Sequence record: SRR20825006_104
Length of the DNA: 61,903 bases
Direction: 5' to 3' (one strand)
The notes beneath the pieces were generated by a model. That model saw nothing but the letters and a program-made list of their open reading frames with translations. It made no database searches and was not told where the DNA came from. Made by a program: the position numbers and the translations under genes. Positions 48,763 to 59,706 of the stretch are shown here, piece after piece (the first letter of the stretch is position 1; each line of letters begins with the position of its first letter).

Positions 48763-49452
48763 ATGATTTCTAAATTTATCGAAATGAGACCTTATTTCAA
48801 TTTAGTATTGCTTGTTTTGCTCTGTATATCTAATAAAACCAGTGCTCAAGAAAGGCCGCCTGGACAATTTTTTATTTCAGGAGGTGTTGGTGGATATTCG
48901 TTCTCAAAACAAATTCATAAAGAAGCGTATGGTAACACTCTCCTTTTTGAATATGGTGGAGTAATTGGATTTCCTGTTGGGAAACTAACTCACATATATC
49001 TGAAAGGCTCCTATTTTGAAACCAGTGGCACTCATATTTCTCGTAGTATCACTATTGATAAGGATGGGAATGTTATAGATAGGAGTAGAGAACCTAATGG
49101 AACTTCAGATTTTCAGATGAGACGAGTGAATTTTGGTCTTCAAAAGGCATTTCCATTTCCAATGGAGTTTTATCTGCTTTTGAATGGAGGGATTACCACC
49201 GTAAAAACAAAGAATAGAATTAATAGAACGGATTTCGAGCCACATCAAGATAACCGGAATGGTTGGCTAGGTTTTTTTGGAGGTATAGGAATAGAAAAAC
49301 GATTTATAAATTCTCCTTTCTCCCTATACATTGAAAGTCAGTATAATACAACGAACGAAAATTTTATTTTCTACCTAGGCGACTTTGGCGGAAATAGCTA
49401 TTCTTTTGGAGTTCGATTCTATATACCACAATCAAAGACAGCTTTTAAATAA
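48763..49452 (+). CDS. Outer-membrane beta-barrel-like hypothetical protein
   Basis: Signal peptide, Gly/aromatic alternating strands, FGVRFY near C-terminus. Confidence 0.65.
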   Translation: MISKFIEMRPYFNLVLLVLLCISNKTSAQERPPGQFFISGGVGGYSFSKQIHKEAYGNTLLFEYGGVIGFPVGKLTHIYLKGSYFETSGTHISRSITIDKDGNVIDRSREPNGTSDFQMRRVNFGLQKAFPFPMEFYLLLNGGITTVKTKNRINRTDFEPHQDNRNGWLGFFGGIGIEKRFINSPFSLYIESQYNTTNENFIFYLGDFGGNSYSFGVRFYIPQSKTAFK

Positions 49453-49454
49453 CA

Positions 49455-50657
49455 ATGGGCTTGTTAAACCAAAAACATCGAAATCATCAGCCTTTGCTTT
49501 GGGTAGTTTTGGTATGCGTAATAACATCCTGCAACACAAGCACCGACCCCAAAGAAACGTGTGATTTCCCGCCAGGGAATAGAGACTTTACGTGGGCAGT
49601 AGATACGGTGGCGTGGTGGCCTTCAACCGTTGCTGGCATTTGGGCTTTTGCAGACGATGATGCCTATGTAATGGGATATATTGTTGACGACACCTCACCC
49701 TCTACGGTAAGACCAGGAAGACACTGGAATGGTAAGGAGTGGGAAGATGACATTAATGGAACTTGGGGATTTGATAATGTAACCGAAACGTGGGGTGATA
49801 TTAAAATTGACCCGCGAAATGATGTAACAGGAGACGATCACTTTATGGTTGCCGTTGGCAAATGGGGTATTAATAGCATCACTTATGGTGGAGTTGCAGA
49901 GTTTGACAACCGAACCAAAACGTGGAAAAGTTATCAACTTCAATCCGCGGAGGGTGAGTTGCGTGGTGTTTGGACAGATGGCGAAGGCTTTTTTATAGCG
50001 GTTGGAGATAATGGGATGGTTTATAGCAAAGATGGGTACGAAGCGGAATGGGTGTATTCCAAAGCTCCTACAGAATTTAATTTTTTTCAAATAGCTGGAG
50101 TTTCAAAGGTAGAAATTTATGTTACTAGTTATCTGTCTCTAGCCTCGGGAGTAACGTATGAACAGCTGTGGAAATTTAATGGAAGTACTTGGCAAAAACT
50201 TTATGATACTCAAAATCCAAATGAAGGCTTACTTCAACAAGGAAGTATACAATTTGAAGGAGTAAATGATATAGCTCCGTATCGTTGCTCGGTCAGCGAC
50301 TCACTTAAGTTGTACTGGGTCGCTAATGAATCATTTTTGCTTAGCTCTGAAGGGCAATCACTGAATTATGAAGCACAGAATTTAACCGAATTAGGCCTTC
50401 CATTACGCCAGAAAGGACGTACTGGCTTATGGGTAGATTTATTTACGCCCAACGACGTATGGATTTATGGAACTCGATTCAATTTCTACCATTGGAACGG
50501 AATCAGCTTCCAAAAAATGACCATCCCGGAACTTCCTAACGACGATACTCAGTTTGGGCGCCAACGTAAAATGGCAAAAACAAAGAGTGGTAAAGTCTTT
50601 TTACCAACCGAAATTAGTTCACAAGTGTATGTAGTAGCGCAAGGGGTGCTAAAATAG
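49455..50657 (+). CDS. Trp-rich lipoprotein, probable beta-propeller
   Basis: Lipobox ITSC; repeated HWNG/WKFNG, AVG..G, DVWIYG motifs. Confidence 0.7.
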   Translation: MGLLNQKHRNHQPLLWVVLVCVITSCNTSTDPKETCDFPPGNRDFTWAVDTVAWWPSTVAGIWAFADDDAYVMGYIVDDTSPSTVRPGRHWNGKEWEDDINGTWGFDNVTETWGDIKIDPRNDVTGDDHFMVAVGKWGINSITYGGVAEFDNRTKTWKSYQLQSAEGELRGVWTDGEGFFIAVGDNGMVYSKDGYEAEWVYSKAPTEFNFFQIAGVSKVEIYVTSYLSLASGVTYEQLWKFNGSTWQKLYDTQNPNEGLLQQGSIQFEGVNDIAPYRCSVSDSLKLYWVANESFLLSSEGQSLNYEAQNLTELGLPLRQKGRTGLWVDLFTPNDVWIYGTRFNFYHWNGISFQKMTIPELPNDDTQFGRQRKMAKTKSGKVFLPTEISSQVYVVAQGVLK

Positions 50658-50778
50658 AATACATTGGAGAGTAATTATGAATCAAGTGATTGCTTTGTTG
50701 TCTATTCCTTATTGAAAAATAGAAGAATAGTTTTATCCATTTCCACCGTTGAAACCTATAAAGAAAAGGTTATATCCT

Positions 50779-52119
50779 CTAAGAAATCTTAGAGAGCTTA
50801 TTAAATCGGTAGTTGTGTAATACGGCGGCAACGGAAAGTCCTGATATTAAACCAATCCATAAACCTTGAGGTCCGTAGCCTAATTGAATGCCGAGCATAT
50901 ATCCCGCAGGAAAGCCAATGACCCAGTATGCGATGAAGTTTGCAATCATAGGTACTCGCGTATCTTTGAGGCCGCGTAAGGCACCAAACCCGCCAACTTG
51001 GAAGCCATCCGATATCTGAAACAATCCTGCCATAAATAAAAGAGAGATGGCCATGTCTTTAACAGCGGGATCACTTGTATAGATGCGGACAATGGATTCT
51101 GGTATAGTAAAAAGGAAAATAGCGGTAACAGTCATTATCAATCCACAAATTCCAATTCCAACAAAGCCACGAAAACGAGCTTTTGCCATGGAGCCTTGCC
51201 CAAAAGAAAAGCCAACGCGTTGCGAAATCGCCATCGAAAGCCCAAAAGGAATCATAAACATCGTTGAAGCAACATTAAGTGCAACTTGATGAGAAGCCGC
51301 CGCACTAACACTAAGAGTGCCCATCAATAAACTAACACTCGCAAAAAGCAAAACTTCCATAGCTGAACTTACGCCGTTTGGTAAACCTATTCGTAGAAAT
51401 TCTTTGATGAGTGTAATATCGGGCCTTTTTATTCTAGCAAAGATATTGAACCTCATAAAAGGCTTAAATCTCATCGTGAAAGAAATAAAAACAATGGCAG
51501 AGAAAAGGTTTAGAAGTGAAGTGGCATATCCAGCGCCAACGCCACCCATCGCAGGAAAACCAAGTTTCCCGTACATCAATACATAGTTTGCGCCCACATT
51601 CAGCACTAAGCTTACAGCAGCAATATACATTGCAGGGCGAGTTACGGATAATCCCTCACTAAAATAGCGAACACCAGCATAGGCAAAGAGCGGTAAAATT
51701 CCCCAAGAAATTCCTTTCAAATAACCCTGTGCTATCGGTATAATTTCGGGAGTAACTCCAATGAGTCTCATTATGATATCAAGATTTCTGATAATGATAA
51801 TACATGGAATAGTGAGGAATAGAATGACCCAAAACATTTGGCGAGCACTTCTCCCTATCTCTTCAAATTTGCGTGCTCCCAAGAGTTGTGATACCATAGG
51901 ATTTATAGCTACTAGTGTGGCCATGCAAAAAATGGCAATGGGCATATAAATTGCATTTCCAATAGCTACACCTGCAAGGTCTAAAGCAGAAAGATTCCCA
52001 GCCATTACTGTATCAGTAAAGTTTAGGCCCGTTCTCAACAACTGCGTAGCAATGATAGGCCCGCCTAGTTTTAAAAGAAGTGAACTCTCTTTTTGTATGC
52101 TTTTTCTTAGTTCTGACAT
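50779..52119 (-). CDS. MATE efflux transporter, NorM subfamily
   Basis: DTVMAG.LSALDLAGVAIG, GKLGFPAMGGVGAG, DGFQV...GALRGLKDT. Confidence 0.9.
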   Translation of the reverse strand: MSELRKSIQKESSLLLKLGGPIIATQLLRTGLNFTDTVMAGNLSALDLAGVAIGNAIYMPIAIFCMATLVAINPMVSQLLGARKFEEIGRSARQMFWVILFLTIPCIIIIRNLDIIMRLIGVTPEIIPIAQGYLKGISWGILPLFAYAGVRYFSEGLSVTRPAMYIAAVSLVLNVGANYVLMYGKLGFPAMGGVGAGYATSLLNLFSAIVFISFTMRFKPFMRFNIFARIKRPDITLIKEFLRIGLPNGVSSAMEVLLFASVSLLMGTLSVSAAASHQVALNVASTMFMIPFGLSMAISQRVGFSFGQGSMAKARFRGFVGIGICGLIMTVTAIFLFTIPESIVRIYTSDPAVKDMAISLLFMAGLFQISDGFQVGGFGALRGLKDTRVPMIANFIAYWVIGFPAGYMLGIQLGYGPQGLWIGLISGLSVAAVLHNYRFNKLSKIS

Positions 52120-52214
52120 TATGCTTTTTTGGAGCCAGCAATGGTACGAAATGTTGGTGTGAAAGGTAACTTAAAATACCTCTCGCTTTATATATACTCT
52201 CTATGAATCTAATA

Positions 52215-55200
52215 TCATTTTACAGAGAGTGGCAAAGTAATTACAAATGTAGTTCCTTTGCCTTTGGAGGAAGTGAAGGATATTTCCCCATGATGTGCTT
52301 CAATAATTTTTTTGGTGATTGCTAAGCCCAATCCCGTCCCACTTGTTTTGGTACTAAAATTTGGAATGAAAATAACAGATTTGTTCTTTTCAGAAATACC
52401 TTCTCCAGTATCGCTGATACTAATTTCAACATGTTGTGCAGTTATGTTTGTAGCAAGTGTAATAGTACCATCTGCCTCCATAGCTTCAATACCATTCTTA
52501 ATAAGGTTGATGAAAGCTCTTCTAAGCTCGTCTTTTACACCATCTACATAAATGTGTTTTGTAGGAATTAAGGAAGTAATGGCAACCTTTTTTTCATGGG
52601 CATATAGATCTAACACGGAAAGTAGCAACTCTGTGATATCAAACCTGCGGAGAGGTTGGTCTATAGGTTTTGCAAATTTTGAAAAATCCGAAGCAATCCT
52701 ACTTAAAGAATCAATTTGCTCTATCAAGTTGGTGTTTACTTTACTGAATTGGGTTTTTAGCTCCTCAGTGGTAATGTCAGGGCTCTTAAGTTTCCGCTCT
52801 AGATGCTGAAGGTTTAATTTCATTGGGGTAAGAGGGTTTTTAATTTCATGAGCAACTTGTTGAGCCATTTCTTTCCAAGCGGCTTCCCGCTCTGCTTCAA
52901 CCAAGTTTTTTTGAAGCTCTTGTAATCGATAAACCATGATGTTGTAGGCATTGGTTAAAGCACCAATTTCGTCCTGACTTTTTACAGGTAATGTTGTCTC
53001 CAGATTACCATCCGAAATAGTTTTAATCCCCTCGCTTAGCTCTTCAAGAGGCGATGTGAGCTGGTTAGCAATAAAAGTAGCTCCAAGTATGAATAACCCA
53101 AAAATTAGAACAAATAGCCCAAGTAGGTAACTAGTGGTAGAAAGAACTTGCTCGTTAAATCGAGGCGCACGCAGAAAAGTAGGGATCCCTGCAATATTTA
53201 TAATTTTATTATTTTTAATAATTGGCTTAAAACCAATCAACATCTCTTGAGAGCCTAAAGTAAAGAAGCGGATTTCTTGCTCACTACCCTTAAAGTAGAT
53301 TTCATTATAAACATCCCAAGGAATTTGGGTTGGGAGTAAATTTTGTGAGAAAATTTGCGGTGCAGTTGAGCCAATTTCGGTATTGTCTTTATAGAGAATG
53401 GCATCGGCATCTATGATTGATGTTGCGTTGTAAAGAAGCTTTCGAGTATCAGATACCGAATCTTGAATTATGCCATCTATGAGGTTTTCAAGCTTCATGC
53501 TAATTTCATCAGTAACAGACTCATTACTTTGGGAGATTATTGCAGCATAAGAAGCAGCTACTAATGCTAGGAAACAAGCTAAAGAAGCTAATATGAATCT
53601 ATCGAGAAGGCGGTCTTTAAATTTTTTATTATGACCGATGAGCTTAAGACTAGGGCTCCAAAAAAAGAATATTGAAATAAGAATGAGCACAATTAAGAGG
53701 GTAAAAAAGAACCGAAGGAGTGAGTAAATATGGTTTGTCGCCGTAATTCTGAGCGAGGCCACCCTAGTAATGGAGTGCGCATCGTTGGCGATGAACATTT
53801 CTCGAAGTTTAGATCTCGATATCTCTGTGTTTCTTATTAGAATACTATCCTTTTGAATTTGAACAATCAAATCTTTATTTAGACGAGAATAACCTGGGAG
53901 ATCAAGAGGAATACCAACAATCGAGGTTCTATTAAGTAAACCGTCTTCAAATTCATTTAAATGAATGGTTGTGTTAAGCCTCTGAGATTGAGCGTATGAA
54001 ACTACCGCTCTTAAGGCTTTACGGTATTGCGGTTTTTCTTTATACACAGAGCAAATAATCCAGCCAAGGCGCTTTCCATCATCTGAAGAAGTATAGAAGG
54101 GAATCCAACCTTGGCGATAAGAGGAATAACTGGTAGATGGTTGTTCGAGTGCTTTTTCTCGTATAATGGGGCGTAATCGATCTCTTTTAATACGTTCTTC
54201 TTCGAAAGGAACTTCTAGACTTAATACGTCAAAAATTTTGGTCCAACCAGGTGCATTTAAATCGGTAGTATATTCTGAAATGGACTCTCCACCTTGATCA
54301 ACTAATTGAACTGAAAAGGAGTAATCCTCCCACTGTGGAAGAATTAAATTGGGAACTTCACGATCGAAAAAAGCTTGCAAGCTTGGTTTTTGAGTATCAA
54401 CATTGGAATACTGTTGTGCTGAAAGTATGAACTCAAGACTAGTAAGCAAGGTTATTGTTATTTCCTCAGCCTTATCTCCTTCTTGAAGGTTAAATGACTC
54501 CGCCACATTTATCATTTGCTCATTCTGTTCTTGAACTTCACCAAAGTAAGAAGGCACATAACCGAGTATTGAGGCGATGAAACAAACAAGAATAAGTAAA
54601 CGCACTCTAGACTTTCCCTGAAATCGAAACTTTTGCATTCGAATTTGTATGCTAATAAAAGCCAGAGCTAGAAAAAGAAAAGTAGCTTGAATGAGCTGCC
54701 ATATTTCAGGCTTATGGAAACGGAAAGTATAGGCCAACAAAAGACCAATTGAGAATCCTGTAAAAGTAAATAAAAGGATCAAGAACTCCCTTTTTTGGAA
54801 GTAGATAAAGAGGGTCAATAAAAGGTTAACCGTAAGCCACGACAATGAAATCCATAAAAAACCTGTCGCTAGAAAAAATAAAACAGTGGATAGTGCAGGA
54901 ATGGGTTTAATGGCAAATATACTCAACTGTGTATTTGCTACAATTTCAAAAATGTTGGAGGTAGTATTTAAAAATACTTGGGCGAATATTAATCCTAGTA
55001 TAGTGCTAATAAGCAGGCCTAGTAATACAGAAATATTCGAATTTATAGAAGCATTTTTTAGGTAGAATCGAGTTCCAATAATAGCTAAGAGCAGTAGTGT
55101 AAGGGTGTCTAAGAAAAGATTGGCAATCCCAATGATAGCGGGATCGTCCCCGAGTAGATTATTAAATCCGAAACTGGGAAGGCTCAGTCCGAGAAAAACC

Positions 55201-56051
55201 CAACAAAGAATAACTAATGCAAAGGTAATTAGAAGATTAGTAACCTTATGGAGGTAAAAAGTACTTTTGGAGGCTAAAAATGAGACTGTTATTAGTATTA
55301 AGAACAAGCAGAGGAAACGCCATTTGTAGAACGAAGACTTTCTGTGCTCATTAAAAAAATCGAAGTCGCTATACTTTGCATATGCCACACCAACGGTATC
55401 GTCACCATTTACGACAAGGCTTTGTTTAAAATCGAAGCTTTGAGGGAGAGATTGGAAAAAACTAAAATAAACTGGATAATTTAAACTAATATCGAGTGCT
55501 TGAGGTACAGTAACCTCTAAATTCTTACCAATATTTAGTAAATTTTGCTGTTGAAGCCGCTGAAGTGTAGCAAGATGAAATTTTAATGTATCGTTGCCAT
55601 TAATGGAAGTAAAAGACTTTTCACCTTGAATGTAAACTACATTTCCTTCTGTAAGTACTTCCATTGAAAACGGAAGGTCTGTTTCGAAAACGGAAGGTTT
55701 GAACTCTCCTTTTGAGAAGCCAGACCAAACCACTAGACTGTCGTTAAAGTATAAAGCAGTTCCCCAAAATTGGAACTTAGTTGATAATAATTCTTGAATA
55801 CTCTCTAATGAAGCATTTTGTTTATGAGCATTAAGAATAGCCTCAGACAGCTCTATGGTTTCTTCACGAAATGTTTGTTGGAAATCCTGAAAAGCTGAAG
55901 TTGATTTCAAGACATCTTCTTTTGCAATTTGCTGGATTCGTAAATTTGAGGGTTCTAACCCCAAAAATAGAACCTCAATTGCTAAATAAACCACTATTAG
56001 GGCAGTAAAAAACAGCCATGGCAGAGGGGCTCTATGCAGAGTGAAGCGCAT
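52215..56051 (-). CDS. Large multi-TM HAMP sensor histidine kinase (NtrY-like core)
   Basis: HAMP (PLEEL...DEIGAL..AYN.M), AWKEMAQQVAHEIKNPLTPMKL, NLIKNG, DTGEG, GTGLGL. Confidence 0.9.
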   Translation of the reverse strand: MRFTLHRAPLPWLFFTALIVVYLAIEVLFLGLEPSNLRIQQIAKEDVLKSTSAFQDFQQTFREETIELSEAILNAHKQNASLESIQELLSTKFQFWGTALYFNDSLVVWSGFSKGEFKPSVFETDLPFSMEVLTEGNVVYIQGEKSFTSINGNDTLKFHLATLQRLQQQNLLNIGKNLEVTVPQALDISLNYPVYFSFFQSLPQSFDFKQSLVVNGDDTVGVAYAKYSDFDFFNEHRKSSFYKWRFLCLFLILITVSFLASKSTFYLHKVTNLLITFALVILCWVFLGLSLPSFGFNNLLGDDPAIIGIANLFLDTLTLLLLAIIGTRFYLKNASINSNISVLLGLLISTILGLIFAQVFLNTTSNIFEIVANTQLSIFAIKPIPALSTVLFFLATGFLWISLSWLTVNLLLTLFIYFQKREFLILLFTFTGFSIGLLLAYTFRFHKPEIWQLIQATFLFLALAFISIQIRMQKFRFQGKSRVRLLILVCFIASILGYVPSYFGEVQEQNEQMINVAESFNLQEGDKAEEITITLLTSLEFILSAQQYSNVDTQKPSLQAFFDREVPNLILPQWEDYSFSVQLVDQGGESISEYTTDLNAPGWTKIFDVLSLEVPFEEERIKRDRLRPIIREKALEQPSTSYSSYRQGWIPFYTSSDDGKRLGWIICSVYKEKPQYRKALRAVVSYAQSQRLNTTIHLNEFEDGLLNRTSIVGIPLDLPGYSRLNKDLIVQIQKDSILIRNTEISRSKLREMFIANDAHSITRVASLRITATNHIYSLLRFFFTLLIVLILISIFFFWSPSLKLIGHNKKFKDRLLDRFILASLACFLALVAASYAAIISQSNESVTDEISMKLENLIDGIIQDSVSDTRKLLYNATSIIDADAILYKDNTEIGSTAPQIFSQNLLPTQIPWDVYNEIYFKGSEQEIRFFTLGSQEMLIGFKPIIKNNKIINIAGIPTFLRAPRFNEQVLSTTSYLLGLFVLIFGLFILGATFIANQLTSPLEELSEGIKTISDGNLETTLPVKSQDEIGALTNAYNIMVYRLQELQKNLVEAEREAAWKEMAQQVAHEIKNPLTPMKLNLQHLERKLKSPDITTEELKTQFSKVNTNLIEQIDSLSRIASDFSKFAKPIDQPLRRFDITELLLSVLDLYAHEKKVAITSLIPTKHIYVDGVKDELRRAFINLIKNGIEAMEADGTITLATNITAQHVEISISDTGEGISEKNKSVIFIPNFSTKTSGTGLGLAITKKIIEAHHGEISFTSSKGKGTTFVITLPLSVK

Positions 56052-56094
56052 CAAATAAAAGACAAGTTGTTAAGGAACTGAATATGAGTTGATA

Positions 56095-57078
56095 TCAGGA
56101 GTGAATCAAGTTTGGTATCAAATGGGCTGGTTTATTATTCAAAACGGAAATAATTGCATTCGCTGCGAGCATACCAATTTGTTCTCTCGTTTCAAATGTT
56201 GCACTAGCAATGTGTGGTAACAAGGTGCAATTTGGTGCTGATAATAAGTCTGGATGAACTTTTGGCTCCTCTTCAAAAACATCTATACCCGCTCCCGCAA
56301 TTTGATGGTCTTGTAGCGCTTTAGCTAGAGCTTTTTCATTTACTACCGGTCCACGTGAAATATTTATAAGAATGGAATGCTTTGGCATGAGTTCGAAAAT
56401 AGGAGCGTCAATCAAGTGATGTGTTTCTGGCGTAAGCGGACAATTTAGACTTAGAACGTCAGAAATTGCAGCGAGTTCCTCAAGAGAAGAAATATACAGG
56501 GCATCAACTTTTTGGGCAGTGTCGTCAGTAATTTTGCTTCGGTTGTGATACGCTATTTTCATACCAAAGGCTTGTGCTCTTTCTGCAAATGCTAGTCCAA
56601 TTCGGCCCATACCTACTATTCCAAGAGTTTTTCCCCGAAGCTCCATTCCTAAAAAACCGAGAGGTTCCCATCCTTTAAATTTTCCGGCGCGCAGATAACT
56701 TTCAGCAACATTGAACTGCCGTGTAACCGCCATTAAAAGAGCCATCGCAAAATCGCCGCACGCCTCAGTAAGAACGTCGGGTGTGTTTGCAATTTTTATA
56801 CCAAGCTTATGAGCGGCCTTAACATCTATATTGTTATACCCAACTGCAAAATTGGCAACTATTTTTAAATCAGTTGCTACAGATAGAACATTCTCGGTAA
56901 CTGGTGTAGATAACATACATAGCAAAGCATCAAAATTTCCGATGTCTTGCTTTAGATGTTTTTCGATGCTGTAATAACCTTTTTCGCCAACTGTTACATT
57001 CGCGTGCTGCTCTAAAAAATTTATAACCTTCTCTGGGATAGGTTCAGTTATAAGTAGCGAGGGTAAACTAGCAACCAT
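56095..57078 (-). CDS. D-2-hydroxyacid dehydrogenase (glyoxylate reductase/D-glycerate dehydrogenase-like)
   Basis: AVGYNNID, NTPDVLT, GMGRIG, NISRG, DVFEEEP, PHIASA. Confidence 0.92.
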   Translation of the reverse strand: MVASLPSLLITEPIPEKVINFLEQHANVTVGEKGYYSIEKHLKQDIGNFDALLCMLSTPVTENVLSVATDLKIVANFAVGYNNIDVKAAHKLGIKIANTPDVLTEACGDFAMALLMAVTRQFNVAESYLRAGKFKGWEPLGFLGMELRGKTLGIVGMGRIGLAFAERAQAFGMKIAYHNRSKITDDTAQKVDALYISSLEELAAISDVLSLNCPLTPETHHLIDAPIFELMPKHSILINISRGPVVNEKALAKALQDHQIAGAGIDVFEEEPKVHPDLLSAPNCTLLPHIASATFETREQIGMLAANAIISVLNNKPAHLIPNLIHS

Positions 57079-57087
57079 CTCTAAATG

Positions 57088-57501
57088 TTAGGCTTCGTCT
57101 TTAATGTGGGTAATTTTAGCGTCATTCCACATTCTTTCAATGCTATAATAGTCACGTTTTTCTTTTGTCATTATGTGCACTACAATGTTTACATAATCCA
57201 AAATCATCCACGATCGAGCATTAATCCCTTCTTTTTTCCAGGCTTTTTCTGATGTCTTTTCACGCACATCGTCCTCAACAATATCTGCGAGTGCTTTAAT
57301 TTGGGTATCAGAATTACCGTGACAAATAACAAAATATTCTGCAAGCGTAGTAAGTTCAGAAACGTCTAAAACAGTTATATCATTTGCTTTTTTACTAAGA
57401 AGAGACTCAACAATAACCTCAAGAACTTCCGTAGTTTTTAAGTCATCCTCGGAATATGCATTGGAAAATTGTTTGTTATTGGGTTCTTTAATTTCAGACA
57501 T
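57088..57501 (-). CDS. rsfS: Ribosome silencing factor
   Basis: KKANDI..LDV, YFVICHGNS..Q..A, W.ILDY..IVVHI, YY.IE.MW. Confidence 0.93.
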   Translation of the reverse strand: MSEIKEPNNKQFSNAYSEDDLKTTEVLEVIVESLLSKKANDITVLDVSELTTLAEYFVICHGNSDTQIKALADIVEDDVREKTSEKAWKKEGINARSWMILDYVNIVVHIMTKEKRDYYSIERMWNDAKITHIKDEA

Positions 57502-57966
57502 TTAATTTGTGTTAAGCTTGTGATAATCTTTGCCCAAAATTACGGTTACATCTAAATAGAAGTCGGGCGATTCTTCTCTGATGACATTTTCTTCTGATAC
57601 TCCAAGAGCAGCAGCAACTCGCTTTGCATTGTCTATTGAAACTGTTCTTGAAATAACAATTGTCTTTTCGACATCAAAGCGCTCAAAATTCCCAGTTTCT
57701 ACTACATCAAAACCATTATCTCTAAGGATGCCTGTAAAGTTATTAGCAATTCCAGGTTCTCCACAGCCATTTAAAACTTCAAGCTGAATAATTGTTCCGA
57801 TAAGCTCGTTTGAGGTATCCGATCGTTGGTTTAAAATTCTGGGATATAATACGCGAGTAAAAAGCGCCGCCAAAAGTGCAATTAATAAAACGCTTAAAAA
57901 GCCGATGGCTGCGTTTAAATATAAGCTATTTTGGGATGAAAGTTGTTCTTCTTGTTTTTCCGACAT
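57502..57966 (-). CDS. LytR C-terminal domain membrane protein
   Basis: TM helix then EVLNGCGEPGIA...GF.VVETGN...DVTVILGKD. Confidence 0.88.
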   Translation of the reverse strand: MSEKQEEQLSSQNSLYLNAAIGFLSVLLIALLAALFTRVLYPRILNQRSDTSNELIGTIIQLEVLNGCGEPGIANNFTGILRDNGFDVVETGNFERFDVEKTIVISRTVSIDNAKRVAAALGVSEENVIREESPDFYLDVTVILGKDYHKLNTN

Positions 57967-57973
57967 CTATAAG

Positions 57974-58462
57974 TTAGCGATACCAAGGATTATTGAAGCG
58001 ATCGTAACCATAACCATATCCATAAGAAGCAGGAAGTTGTTGGAACTTGACCTGTATCAGCGCATTATCACTAATTTTGTAATTCAGCTCAGCGTTACTA
58101 AGTATTATGCGGGGATTGTTCATATTAGCCCCGTATAAATTAGAGCCGCCGAAAGGAGAATGTAAGAATGAGAGGTCAACCCGAGCGTCTAAACGATCCG
58201 TCAAGTTAACTTGCATCGTATTTGTGTAAGCATTTAAGGATTGGTAGGAACCAGCAAATGAGGAAACAGACATTGAGTATGAATGTGACATATTAATTTT
58301 GCTAAAAAGCTGACCTAATTTACTTTGAATAGTAGCGGATTGGCTATTTATTACAGAGCCTTGGTAATCAAAAGGGGTAGAAACATCGCCCCTAAGTTGA
58401 GCAAATGAGCTAACACTAGCGATTATAAATATACAGAGTAAAGAGAGTAATGCTTTTTTCAT
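57974..58462 (-). CDS. Secreted hypothetical protein
   Basis: Signal peptide, beta-strand-rich body, YGYGYGY tail. Confidence 0.7.
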   Translation of the reverse strand: MKKALLSLLCIFIIASVSSFAQLRGDVSTPFDYQGSVINSQSATIQSKLGQLFSKINMSHSYSMSVSSFAGSYQSLNAYTNTMQVNLTDRLDARVDLSFLHSPFGGSNLYGANMNNPRIILSNAELNYKISDNALIQVKFQQLPASYGYGYGYDRFNNPWYR

Positions 58463-58650
58463 GATAGTTCCTTATTTGGGCTTGGTGAACGAAACACCAG
58501 ACATTTAAGTATAACGAATTGCGACTTAATTATAAATAGCTAGCTTTAGGGCTAGAAAATGATATTCGTTGAATAAGGATTATAAAAAGACTATCTTATT
58601 CGACTTTTCAAAAAGCAAATTCTACAAACTCCCATTCAACCCCAGGAGAG

Positions 58651-59706
58651 ATGAAACTCACTGATTTTAGATTCGAAATTGAAGGCCTTAACGTTCCAGA
58701 AGAACCTCTTGAGCAGCGTGACGCAGCCCGCTTGATGGTTTTAAACCGAGATGAGCAAACCATTGAACATACCAAATTTTCTGAGATTCATAACTATTTC
58801 AATGAAGGTGATGTTGTTGTTTTCAACAATACCAAGGTTTTTCCAGCGCGTTTAAATGGAAAAAAAGAAAAAACCGAAGCTGATATTGAAGTTTTTTTAC
58901 TGAGAGAACTACAGCCTGAGAATATGCTTTGGGATGTGTTGGTTGAGCCAGCGCGTAAAATTCGTATTGGTAACAAACTTTATTTTGGTGATGAAGACGA
59001 CGAACTAATGGCAGAGGTAGTAGATAACACTACTTCAAGAGGTCGTACTATCCGTTTCTTGTTTGAAGGTACGAACGACGAACTGTATGAGCGTTTAGAT
59101 GCGCTAGGTAAAATGCCACTTCCTCCATACATAGAAAGAGAACCTGTTGACGAAGATAAAGACCGATACCAAACAGTGTATGCTACCGAGCGTGGTGCTG
59201 TTGCAGCTCCAACTGCGGGTATGCATTTTACTCGTGAGCTCATAAAGAAGATTGAAGATAAAGGGGTGATTATGGTTCCCGTAACTCTTCATATTGGCTG
59301 GGGTACTTTCCGTAATGTTGAAGTTGAAGATTTGACTAAGCACAGAATGGATTCTGAAAATTATTTTATTTCAAAAGACACTTCTGATAAAATCAATATT
59401 GCTTTAAAATCTAAAAAGAAAAAAGTAGTAGCAATCGGGACAAGCGCTGTTCGAGTTATTGAAACGAGTGTGATGGCTAGTGGTATGTCTAAAATGGGAA
59501 CAGGTTGGACCGATAAATTTATCTACCCTCCTTACAACTTCAAAATTACTGAAGCGATTGTGACAAACTTCCACCGTCCAGAATCTACACTATTAATGTT
59601 GGCAGCAGCATTTGGTGAGTATGACTTCATGATGAAAGCATATGAAGAGGCAAAAAAAGAAAACTATCGCCTATTCTCCTTTGGCGATGCAATGTTGATT
59701 ATATAA
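58651..59706 (+). CDS. queA: S-adenosylmethionine:tRNA ribosyltransferase-isomerase
   Basis: RDAARL, NNTKVFPARL, PLPPYI, YQTVYA, AAPTAGMHF, TNFH.PESTL, FSFGDAM. Confidence 0.97.
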   Translation: MKLTDFRFEIEGLNVPEEPLEQRDAARLMVLNRDEQTIEHTKFSEIHNYFNEGDVVVFNNTKVFPARLNGKKEKTEADIEVFLLRELQPENMLWDVLVEPARKIRIGNKLYFGDEDDELMAEVVDNTTSRGRTIRFLFEGTNDELYERLDALGKMPLPPYIEREPVDEDKDRYQTVYATERGAVAAPTAGMHFTRELIKKIEDKGVIMVPVTLHIGWGTFRNVEVEDLTKHRMDSENYFISKDTSDKINIALKSKKKKVVAIGTSAVRVIETSVMASGMSKMGTGWTDKFIYPPYNFKITEAIVTNFHRPESTLLMLAAAFGEYDFMMKAYEEAKKENYRLFSFGDAMLII

